DNA of 64,000 bases from Alphaproteobacteria bacterium (GTDB lineage: Bacteria; Pseudomonadota; Alphaproteobacteria; SHVZ01), in contig JBGALV010000012.1 of NCBI GenBank assembly GCA_044223515.1, positions 368-64,367 of the forward strand, written 5' to 3'. The notes below the pieces were generated by a model. That model was not told where the DNA came from. It made no database searches and saw only the letters and a list, made by a program, of their open reading frames with translations. Both the position numbers and the translations under genes were made by a program. Positions 57,392-64,000 of this stretch are shown piece by piece. Every line of letters starts with the position of its first letter. Position 1 is the first letter of the stretch.

Positions 57392-58120
57392 GTGACCCGG
57401 CCGAAGGCGATCCTCTTCGATCTGGACGACACGCTGATCTCCTCGTCCGGAGATCGGCACCAGGTGTGGACGGATACCTTCGCGCCGCACCTCCATCGCC
57501 TGAACGGCCGCAGCTCCGACGAGGCGGTGAAGGCGCTGGAGGCTGAGCTCCGCTGGTTCTGGTCGGATCCGGTGCGCCATCGCGAGGGCCGCCTCGACAT
57601 GGAGCGCACCCGGCTTCGCATCGTCGGCGGCGTGCTGGGCAAGCTCGGCGTCGAGGACGCGTCCCTGGCACCTGACATCGCCGAGAACTTCCGCCGCATC
57701 CGCGACGAGCGCACGCGGCTGTTCGACGATGCGCACCACGTCATCGACACGCTGAAGGCCGACGGGTTCAAGCTCTGCCTGATCACCAACGGCGAAGGCC
57801 CGGTGCAGCGCGCCAAGGTCGAGCGCTTCGATCTCGGCCATCGCTTCCATCACATCCAGATCGAAGGCGAGCATCCCTTCGGCAAGCCCGAGCCGGCCGC
57901 CTATGCCCATGCGCTCGAGAAGCTCGGCGCCCGCCACGAAGAGGCCTGGATCGTCGGCGACAATCTCGAATGGGAAGTCGCGGTCCCCCAGCAGCTCGGC
58001 TTCGGCCGCGCGATCTGGTACGACGCCTTCGGCCACGGCCTGCCGAAGAGGACGACGGTGACGCCGACGCACAGCCTGACGCGCCTGAAGGATATCCTCG
58101 CCATGCTGGCGCCGGCGTGA
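57392..58120 (+). CDS. HAD-superfamily hydrolase
   Basis: Motif I ILFDLDDTL. GTG start 1 nt after the aspS stop. Confidence 0.85.
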   Translation: MTRPKAILFDLDDTLISSSGDRHQVWTDTFAPHLHRLNGRSSDEAVKALEAELRWFWSDPVRHREGRLDMERTRLRIVGGVLGKLGVEDASLAPDIAENFRRIRDERTRLFDDAHHVIDTLKADGFKLCLITNGEGPVQRAKVERFDLGHRFHHIQIEGEHPFGKPEPAAYAHALEKLGARHEEAWIVGDNLEWEVAVPQQLGFGRAIWYDAFGHGLPKRTTVTPTHSLTRLKDILAMLAPA

Positions 58121-58581
58121 GCGACGACGCGCCTCCGGGCCTGGGGCCGCGCGGCGAGATCGCGCTTGCCTACTGGCAGGGGCTGCGCCGGGGCCGGCAT
58201 CTGCCGGCGCGGACCGACATCGACCCGGCCGAGATCCCGAAGCTGCTGCCGGGAACCATCCTGGTCGACGTGCTGCGCGAGCCGCTCGATTTCCGCTACC
58301 GGCTCGTCGGGTCCGAGATCGACCAGATCTCGCATCGCAACTTCCGCGGCATCCGCTTCTCCGAGATCCTGCACATGCGCCGTGGCAACCGGCTCTGGGC
58401 GCAGTTCCAGGAAGTGGCCGAGACGCGGAAGCCGCTGTGGTCGGAGGTGCCCTATGTCGGCGCCGACCCGTTCATCCGCCGCATCCGCCATTGCCTGATG
58501 CCGCTGGGGGCCGACGGCGAGACCGTCGACATGATCTTCGTCGTGACCGACATCGACCGCATCGCCTCGGCGGTCGCCTAA
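58117..58581 (+). CDS. PAS_5-like (DUF1457-type) small sensory-domain protein, copy 1
   Basis: GTGA overlap with the HAD gene. Motif FRYRLVGSEI is shared with copy 3. Confidence 0.65.
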   Translation: MSDDAPPGLGPRGEIALAYWQGLRRGRHLPARTDIDPAEIPKLLPGTILVDVLREPLDFRYRLVGSEIDQISHRNFRGIRFSEILHMRRGNRLWAQFQEVAETRKPLWSEVPYVGADPFIRRIRHCLMPLGADGETVDMIFVVTDIDRIASAVA

Positions 58582-58637
58582 GGAAAATCGCGGGGCGCGT
58601 TAACCCCGCCGCAAGGATTGGCGCCGATACTGGCGTC

Positions 58638-59189
58638 ATGTCGCTGCCCGCCACCTTCCCCGACTATCTCCGCGTCCTCTACGCCCTCTGGGACACCAAG
58701 CGCGGGATCCGGGCCATGCCGTCCCGGCGCGATTTCGCCACCGTCGAGCTGCAGCCGTGGCTGAACGAACTCCACCTGGTCGCGGTCTGCCCCGAGGGGC
58801 TCCGCTTCGTCGTCTTCGCGTCCGGCCCGGCCAGCCGCTACGGCGCCGAGATGACCGGACGCTACGTCGCCGACCTGCAGCCGGCCACCATGGCCGACGA
58901 GGTCGAGCGCGCCTACCTGACCGCCGTCGAGACCCGCGCCCCGGTGTTCGGCACCCACGCCAACCGCGGCTTCGGGACCGACTCCCAGACGTGGTCGCGC
59001 CTGATCCTGCCCCTCTCCGACGACGGGGTCATGGTCGACCGGCTGTTCGTTGCGGTCTGGGAAGGCTCGACCGGCTTCGGCCCGCGCAGCCGCGCTCACC
59101 AGGCCCTCCTCACCTCCAAATGGGCGCTCGCCGAGACTTTCGAGGCGCCGGCGCCCCACGCTTCCACCCCGGATCTCGCCGCCGACTAG
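58638..59189 (+). CDS. PAS_5-like small sensory-domain protein, copy 2 (divergent)
   Basis: Same ~150-aa architecture and collinear with copies 1 and 3. Followed by a strong terminator. Confidence 0.6.
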   Translation: MSLPATFPDYLRVLYALWDTKRGIRAMPSRRDFATVELQPWLNELHLVAVCPEGLRFVVFASGPASRYGAEMTGRYVADLQPATMADEVERAYLTAVETRAPVFGTHANRGFGTDSQTWSRLILPLSDDGVMVDRLFVAVWEGSTGFGPRSRAHQALLTSKWALAETFEAPAPHASTPDLAAD

Positions 59190-59247
59190 CGGCACCGGCT
59201 CGTCGTCGTCTCCAAGTCTCCAGCTGCGTTTCCTCCCGTCCTTCCTG

Positions 59248-59281
59248 GGCCCGCGGCCAGCGACCGCGGGCCTTTTTCTTG
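59248..59281 (+). terminator. Rho-independent terminator
   Basis: GGGCCCGCGG-CCAGCGA-CCGCGGGCC followed by TTTTTCTT. Confidence 0.65.
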
Positions 59282-59548
59282 GCCGCCGATCAGTCGGGCT
59301 CAAGGGCTCCCCGATCAGCAGTCCGGCTGCCGAAGAAGATCCGGGACAACTCAAGATAACGGGCAGTCCAGGCCGACAGCATTGGCGGCAAAGTCCGACT
59401 CATTACCAGGGTCGTCGGTTTCAGGCCTTTGCAGGATGCTTGACCTCGCATAACATCCCGGCCGCGGTGTCTTTCAGGTTACAAAAGACATACGCGCGAA
59501 GGTTGTGGAGCCGGAGGTGGTGCCGCAGCCGACGTCCGTGCTGGGGGG

Positions 59549-60046
59549 GTGATGGCTTCGCAATTCGGCGATGGGCGCCTCGCGCGCCTCTATCGCTACT
59601 GGTGGGACAAGAGGGGAAGCCGGCCGGCGCCGAACCGCGCCGATCTCAATCCCACCGAGATCCCCGACCTGTTGCCGATCGTCCATCTGATCGACGTCAG
59701 CTGGAATCCGGTCTCGTTCCGCCATCGTCTCGTCGGGACCGAGCTCGTCGAGCGGCTCGAGCGCGACGTCACCGGCAAGGCCGTGGACGGCTCGCTCTAT
59801 GGCGAGGCGACCGAGAAGATCGTCGCGGCGCTGACCCGCATCGCGACCGAGGTCAGGCCCTATCGCCGCCAGGCGCGGCTCGCCTGGCACGCGCGCGACT
59901 GGCTGATGATCGAATCGATCGAGATGCCGCTGATCGACGACGACGGCCGGGTCGCGATGATCCTCGCCGGCCGCGCCGTGTCGATCCCCAACAGGTCGGC
60001 GGCGGATACGACCGAGTTCGAGCCCCTGGGTCCGCCGACAGGTTGA
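59549..60046 (+). CDS. PAS_5-like small sensory-domain protein, copy 3
   Basis: FRHRLVGTELVERLE, ~165 aa. Confidence 0.65.
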   Translation: MMASQFGDGRLARLYRYWWDKRGSRPAPNRADLNPTEIPDLLPIVHLIDVSWNPVSFRHRLVGTELVERLERDVTGKAVDGSLYGEATEKIVAALTRIATEVRPYRRQARLAWHARDWLMIESIEMPLIDDDGRVAMILAGRAVSIPNRSAADTTEFEPLGPPTG

Positions 60047-60084
60047 AGGGACGACGGCCTCGCGGCCGACGCCCCTCCTTGCCG

Positions 60085-60591
60085 TCAATCGGCAGCGTCC
60101 TGGAGACGCCGCGCCGCATCGAGATTGGCCAGGGTCCGCCAGCAGGCATTCGCCGCCTCCGCGCCCTTCACCAGGAAGTGCTCGCGGAAGAATTTGCGGT
60201 GCTCGTGGTGCTCGTGGAAGGCCTGCGGGGTCAGCACCGCCGAGATCACGGGAACCTCGGTCTGGAGCTGGACCTGCATCAATCCGGAGATGACCGTCTC
60301 CGAGACGAACTCGTGGCGATAGATGCCGCCGTTGACGACGAAGCCGGCCGCGACGATCGCCGCATAGCGGCCGGACTGCGCAAGCAGCTTCGCCTCCAGC
60401 GGAATCTCGAAGACGCCGGGCACCTCGTAGACGTCGATGCGATCCTCCGGGTGACCGAGGCGGACGATCTCGGCGAGGAAGGCCTTCCGGCATTCGTCGA
60501 CGATGTCCCTGTGCCAGCAGGACTGGACGAAGGCGATGCGGTTGCTGGTGGTGGTGGTTGGGTGGCGCTGATTCATCGGGCTTCCTTTCAT
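60085..60591 (-). CDS. ribH: 6,7-dimethyl-8-ribityllumazine synthase (RibH2-type)
   Basis: Lumazine synthase fold pattern (RIAFVQS..VPGVFEIP..AAGFVVNGGIYRHEFV). FMN riboswitch in the leader. Confidence 0.9.
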   Translation of the reverse strand: MKGSPMNQRHPTTTTSNRIAFVQSCWHRDIVDECRKAFLAEIVRLGHPEDRIDVYEVPGVFEIPLEAKLLAQSGRYAAIVAAGFVVNGGIYRHEFVSETVISGLMQVQLQTEVPVISAVLTPQAFHEHHEHRKFFREHFLVKGAEAANACWRTLANLDAARRLQDAAD

Positions 60592-60649
60592 GAAGCGTTT
60601 GAATCAGGGCGCACGGGCTTGAACCCGACAGAGCATGGCTCCGCCGGGC

Positions 60650-60805
60650 GACCCGTTCTCTTTCATCCGGACTGTGACCGTCGGCTCCGGAATCGCACCG
60701 GATCTGCTGTCCTAAGTGGTCCGCAAGGACCGCGAAGCGCTCGCGGGCTTAAGGCCGAAGCCTCTCACCGCCGGTGGGGACTTTCACCCCGCCCCGAGAA
60801 CGTGC
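60650..60805 (-). ncRNA. FMN riboswitch (RFN element)
   Basis: Minus-strand transcript contains CUCGGGGCGGGGUGAAAGUCCCCACCGGCGGU .. CCGGAGCCGACGGUCACAGUCCGGAUGAAAGAGAAC, matching the RFN consensus. Immediately 5' of ribH. Confidence 0.85.
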
Positions 60806-60867
60806 CACCCGCGGGATGCGGACGGCGAGAGGATCATAGTCCGACGCGTGCGAAGAACAGAAGACCT

Positions 60868-60980
60868 CGCTTCGCTCGCCCCCTCCCTAACCCTCCCCCG
60901 CTTTGCGGGAGAGGGGACTCGACCTCGTGCCCCCTCTCCCGGCGCGTAGCGACGGGGGAGGGACGGGGTGGGGGCGAGCG
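60868..60980. repeat. Head-to-head pair of REP-like units
   Basis: CGCCCCCTCCCTAACCCTCCCCCGCTTTGCGGGAGAGGGG .. CCCCCTCTCCCGGCGCGTAGCGACGGGGGAGGGACGGGGTGGGGGCG. Confidence 0.7.
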
Positions 60981-61058
60981 CAGCGAGAATTGCTCAATTC
61001 AGAAGCAACAGAAATTCAGATCACTCACCCTCGAACACCGATACACTTGGAGCACACC

Positions 61059-61748
61059 ATGACCATCACGATGTACGACCTTGCCGGCGCCGATCCGATG
61101 CGGCGTTTCAGTCCGTTCTGCTGGCGCACGCGTCTCGCGCTCGCGCACAAGGGCCTCGACGTCGAGACGGTGCCGCTGCGCTTCGGCGAGAAGGACAAGA
61201 TCGCCTTCTCCGGCCAGCAGCTGGTGCCGGTCATCGTCGACGGCGCGAACGTCGTCTCCGACTCCTGGAAGATCGCGCAGTACCTCGAAGCGACCTATCC
61301 CGATCGTCCCTCGCTGTTCGGCGACAACGCGCTGCCGCAGATCCGCTTCATCCAGGGCTGGACCGACACCATCCTGCACGTCGGCATCGGGCGCGCGCTG
61401 ATGGCCGACATCCCCGCGGTGCTCCACCCGGCGGACGTTCCCTATTTCCGCGAGAGCCGCGAGAAGCGCTTCGGCATGACGCTGGAGGCGATCGCCGCCG
61501 ACCGCGAGCAGCGCCTGCCGGACTTCCGCCGGAGCCTGCAGCCGATCCGCGTTCCGCTCGCCGACTATCCCTTCCTCGGCGGCGCGGCGCCGACCTATGC
61601 CGACTACATCGTCTTCGGCGCCTTCCAGTGGGCGCGCTGCGCAAGCCCGTTCCGGTATCTCGCCGACGACGATCCCGTGCTCGCCTGGTGCAAGCGCATC
61701 GAGGGCCTGTTCGGCGGACTCGCCCGCGACGTGCCCGCCTTCTACTGA
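61059..61748 (+). CDS. Glutathione S-transferase-family protein (GST_N_3-type)
   Basis: GGAG RBS. Thioredoxin-like N-terminus (MYDLAG..PFCWRTRLALAHKGL) plus helical C-terminus. Confidence 0.8.
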   Translation: MTITMYDLAGADPMRRFSPFCWRTRLALAHKGLDVETVPLRFGEKDKIAFSGQQLVPVIVDGANVVSDSWKIAQYLEATYPDRPSLFGDNALPQIRFIQGWTDTILHVGIGRALMADIPAVLHPADVPYFRESREKRFGMTLEAIAADREQRLPDFRRSLQPIRVPLADYPFLGGAAPTYADYIVFGAFQWARCASPFRYLADDDPVLAWCKRIEGLFGGLARDVPAFY

Positions 61749-62701
61749 TGGCGACCGACGCCGGCGGACATCCCGGAGAGACCGAAGCCGAAGCGAAGAA
61801 GCGCGTCCGCCTCGGCATCGCGCTCGGCATCGCGATGGCGCTGATGGCGGCCTCGTCGTTCTCGGTCGCGCGCGGCGGCATCCTTCGCGGTGTCCGGCCC
61901 GAGGACATCACGTTGCTGCGCTTCGGCGTCGCCGGGCTGATCTTCCTGCCGGTCCTGATCAGGCACGGCATCGGCAATCTCGGCGGCATCGGCTGGGGAC
62001 GCGGACTGGCACTGGTGCTGACCGCGGGCCCGCTGGCGGCGTTCAGCCAGGCCGCGGGGTACATGTTCGCGCCCCTCGCCCACGGCGCGGTGCTGGTACC
62101 GATGTCGGTCACCGTCTTCTGCTCGGTGCTCGCGGTGATGCTGCTGAAGGAGCATCACGGGCTCGCGCATGCGCTCGGCACCGGCGGCATCATCCTGGGC
62201 CTCGGCCTCATCGGCATCGAAGGCCTGCTGGCCTCCTCGGGCGGCGCCAATGTCTGGATCGGCGACCTGATCTTCCTGTTCGCAGGTTTGCTGTGGGCCG
62301 CCTACACGATCCTGTTCCGCATCTGGCGGCTCGAGTCGGTGGTCGCGATGGCCGCCGTCTGCGTGCTCTCGCTCGTCATCATGGCCGTCGTCTATCCGCT
62401 CGCCTTCTCGATCGAGCACCTGCTCACGCTTCCCTGGCAGGAGCTCGCCTTGCAGGGCCTGGTCCAGGGCCTCTTGAGCGGCACGCTCGCGACGCTCGCC
62501 TACAACCGCATCGTCGTGCTGCTCGGCGCCGGCCGTGCCGTCCTGTTCCCGGCGATGGTGCCGGGGCTGGCGATCGTCTTCGGCATCCCGATCCTCGGCG
62601 AGTACCCGACCTGGACCCAACTCCTCGGCCTCGCCTCGGCGATGATCGGCCTGCTGGTGGCGCTGGGCATCTTCCGCCTGCCGGGCGTGCGCCGGCACTA
62701 G
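61748..62701 (+). CDS. DMT-superfamily (EamA) transporter
   Basis: 10 TM, two EamA repeats. 1-nt overlap with the GST-like gene. Confidence 0.85.
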   Translation: MATDAGGHPGETEAEAKKRVRLGIALGIAMALMAASSFSVARGGILRGVRPEDITLLRFGVAGLIFLPVLIRHGIGNLGGIGWGRGLALVLTAGPLAAFSQAAGYMFAPLAHGAVLVPMSVTVFCSVLAVMLLKEHHGLAHALGTGGIILGLGLIGIEGLLASSGGANVWIGDLIFLFAGLLWAAYTILFRIWRLESVVAMAAVCVLSLVIMAVVYPLAFSIEHLLTLPWQELALQGLVQGLLSGTLATLAYNRIVVLLGAGRAVLFPAMVPGLAIVFGIPILGEYPTWTQLLGLASAMIGLLVALGIFRLPGVRRH

Positions 62702-62755
62702 GACCGCGCCAGGGGACCGCGCTAGGATCGGCCTCCCCGTTCTGCCGGAGGCCCC

Positions 62756-63625
62756 ATGGAGATCGTGCCGATTGCCAACGCCGCGCTCGGCGTCGAGGTG
62801 CGCGGGATCGATGCTGCGAAAGGCGTCGGCGACGCCGACTTCGCGCGCATCCGGAAGGCCTGGGCCGAGAACGGCCTGCTCCTGATCCGCGGCCAGAAGA
62901 TGGACGAGCCGAGCCTGGTCAGGTTCAGCCAAGGCTTCGGCGTGCTGGAGATGCCGCCGGCCTCGGCCGAGCGCAGCTACGGCGACGGCGGTGCGCGCCG
63001 GCCGGAGATCTGGATCATCTCGAACGTCGTCGTCGACGGGAAGGCGATCGGCGGCCTCGGATACGGCGAGGCCGAGTGGCACACCGACATGTCCTATATC
63101 CCGGCCCCGCCGATGGCGAGCGTGCTCTATTCGGTCGAGGTGCCGCCATCGGGCGGCGACACGTCGTTCGCCAGCATGATCAAGGCCTATGCGACGCTGC
63201 CCGACGATCTCAAGTGCGCGATCGCGGGCAAGACCGCGAAGCACGACTCCTCCTACACCAGCGTCGGCGAGCTCCGCCGCGGCTCGAAGGAGATCGTCGA
63301 TCCCAGAGAGGCACCGGGCGCCTCGCATCCGATCGTGCGCCTGCATCCGGACACCGGCGTCCCGGCGATCTATCTCGGCCGCCGCCGCAACGGCTACATC
63401 GACGGCCTCTCGCTGGAAGAGAGCGAGAAGCTTCTCGACCGGCTCTGGGCGCATTGCACCGACCCGAAGCTCGCCTATGCGCACAAGTGGAAGCAGGGCG
63501 ACATCCTGGTCTGGGACAACCGCTCGGTGATCCACCGCCGCGAGGCCTTCGATCCCAACGCGCGCCGCATCATGCTGCGCACGCAGATCCAGGGCGAGAC
63601 GCCGGTCGCCGCGAGGGCGGCATGA
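62756..63625 (+). CDS. TauD/TfdA-family Fe(II)/2-oxoglutarate dioxygenase
   Basis: His-x-Asp..His triad context (EWHTDMSY .. IHRR). Confidence 0.9.
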   Translation: MEIVPIANAALGVEVRGIDAAKGVGDADFARIRKAWAENGLLLIRGQKMDEPSLVRFSQGFGVLEMPPASAERSYGDGGARRPEIWIISNVVVDGKAIGGLGYGEAEWHTDMSYIPAPPMASVLYSVEVPPSGGDTSFASMIKAYATLPDDLKCAIAGKTAKHDSSYTSVGELRRGSKEIVDPREAPGASHPIVRLHPDTGVPAIYLGRRRNGYIDGLSLEESEKLLDRLWAHCTDPKLAYAHKWKQGDILVWDNRSVIHRREAFDPNARRIMLRTQIQGETPVAARAA

Positions 63626-63816
63626 GCGATCCGAAGCCGATGGACCGCGCCGAGGTCGAGGCGCGTCTTGCCCGCGCCGGGCTCAAGCTCAGCAAGGCGC
63701 AGATCGACGAGCTGCACGGCGTCTCGGGCTACCTGCAGCAATGGGTCGACATCGTGAACGCGCCGCGCGAGATGGCGGCGGAGCCGGCGACCATCTTCAC
63801 GCGCGAGCCGACCTGA
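63622..63816 (+). CDS. DUF4089/AtzG-like small protein (GatC-like partner of the downstream amidase)
   Basis: 64 aa. ATGA overlap with TauD and TGATG overlap with the amidase. The size and genomic arrangement suggest an AtzG-type small subunit. Confidence 0.5.
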   Translation: MSDPKPMDRAEVEARLARAGLKLSKAQIDELHGVSGYLQQWVDIVNAPREMAAEPATIFTREPT

Positions 63817-64000
63817 TGTCCGAGATCCTTTCCATCGCCGACGCCGCGCGGCTGATCCAGTCGAAGGCGCTCTCGCCCGTGGCGCTCGCCGAGCAGTGCC
63901 TCGAACGCATCAGGACCTACGATGCGAAGCTCAACGCCTTCCTGCTGGTGACCGAGAAGGAAGCGCTCGCGCAGGCCGAGCGGGCCGCGAAAGACATCGC
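63816..64000 (+). CDS. Amidase-signature family amidase (AtzE/GatA-like), 3' truncated by window edge
   Basis: Typical amidase N-terminus MSEILSIADAARLIQSKALSPVALAEQCLERIRTYD..NAF. Confidence 0.8.
   Translation, partial: MSEILSIADAARLIQSKALSPVALAEQCLERIRTYDAKLNAFLLVTEKEALAQAERAAKDI

Noticed and set aside
16411-60980. Repeated GGGGGAGGG-containing units as a CRISPR array
   Set aside because: Units are palindromic and variable, scattered over 44 kb at irregular spacing inside ordinary intergenic regions. No cas genes or regular repeat-spacer periodicity.
1-64000. tRNA/rRNA genes or an integrase-linked island next to the low-GC gene
   Set aside because: No tRNA-like cloverleaf signatures (GGTTCGAnTCC T-arms), rRNA fragments, integrase or transposase ORFs were seen anywhere in the window. 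The low-GC gene appears as a naked single-gene insert.

Overview
This is a high-GC (~67-70%) alphaproteobacterial chromosome segment, Rhizobiales-like, with dense conventional coding. Both window edges cut through amidase-signature genes. Left to right:

- A hybrid sensor kinase (Cache-like, PAS, HisKA, HATPase, REC, Hpt) sits between two paralogous single-domain response regulators.
- Next are an FAD oxidoreductase, apt, and a NitT/TauT-type ABC importer.
- An arsenic locus follows: aqpS-arsC on one strand, and arsR plus a flavoprotein with a cysteine-rich tail on the other.
- Then a YciI / ECF-sigma pair, Lrp with a divergent PLP dehydratase, proline iminopeptidase, a DppA-like binding protein, TerC, GNAT, an NAD(P)H quinone-oxidoreductase-like protein and a thiolase.
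- One clearly foreign low-GC gene (~45% GC) encodes a 2-TM protein with a macro/SLOG-like C-terminal domain, inserted between the thiolase and a GST.
- RidA follows, then a duplicated unknown two-gene module, an outer-membrane beta-barrel and a hemolysin-III protein.
- Two DUF559 endonuclease genes are embedded in REP-like palindromic repeats; one is intact with inverted terminal repeats and one is frameshifted.
- Next are a CN-hydrolase, PepSY and Gsp17M-like proteins, and a degP-OmpR-HK envelope-stress operon.
- A surface-polysaccharide region holds 3 methyltransferases, Wzx, GT2, 2x GT4 and asnB, interrupted by a CorC/HlyC transporter (convergent with wzx, 42020-43318) and a vapBC toxin-antitoxin pair, before rmlCBDA.
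- rmlCBDA is fused in one tight gene string with aspS, a HAD hydrolase and the first of three tandem PAS_5-like proteins.
- The remainder holds ribH behind an FMN riboswitch, a GST-like protein, a DMT exporter, TauD, and an AtzG-like micro-protein coupled to an amidase.

The window is rich in a family of palindromic intergenic repeats (core GCCCCCACCCTGCCCTCCCCCGCG..CGCGGGGGAGGG plus two companion modules). Many long antisense ORFs in the six-frame track are GC artefacts.
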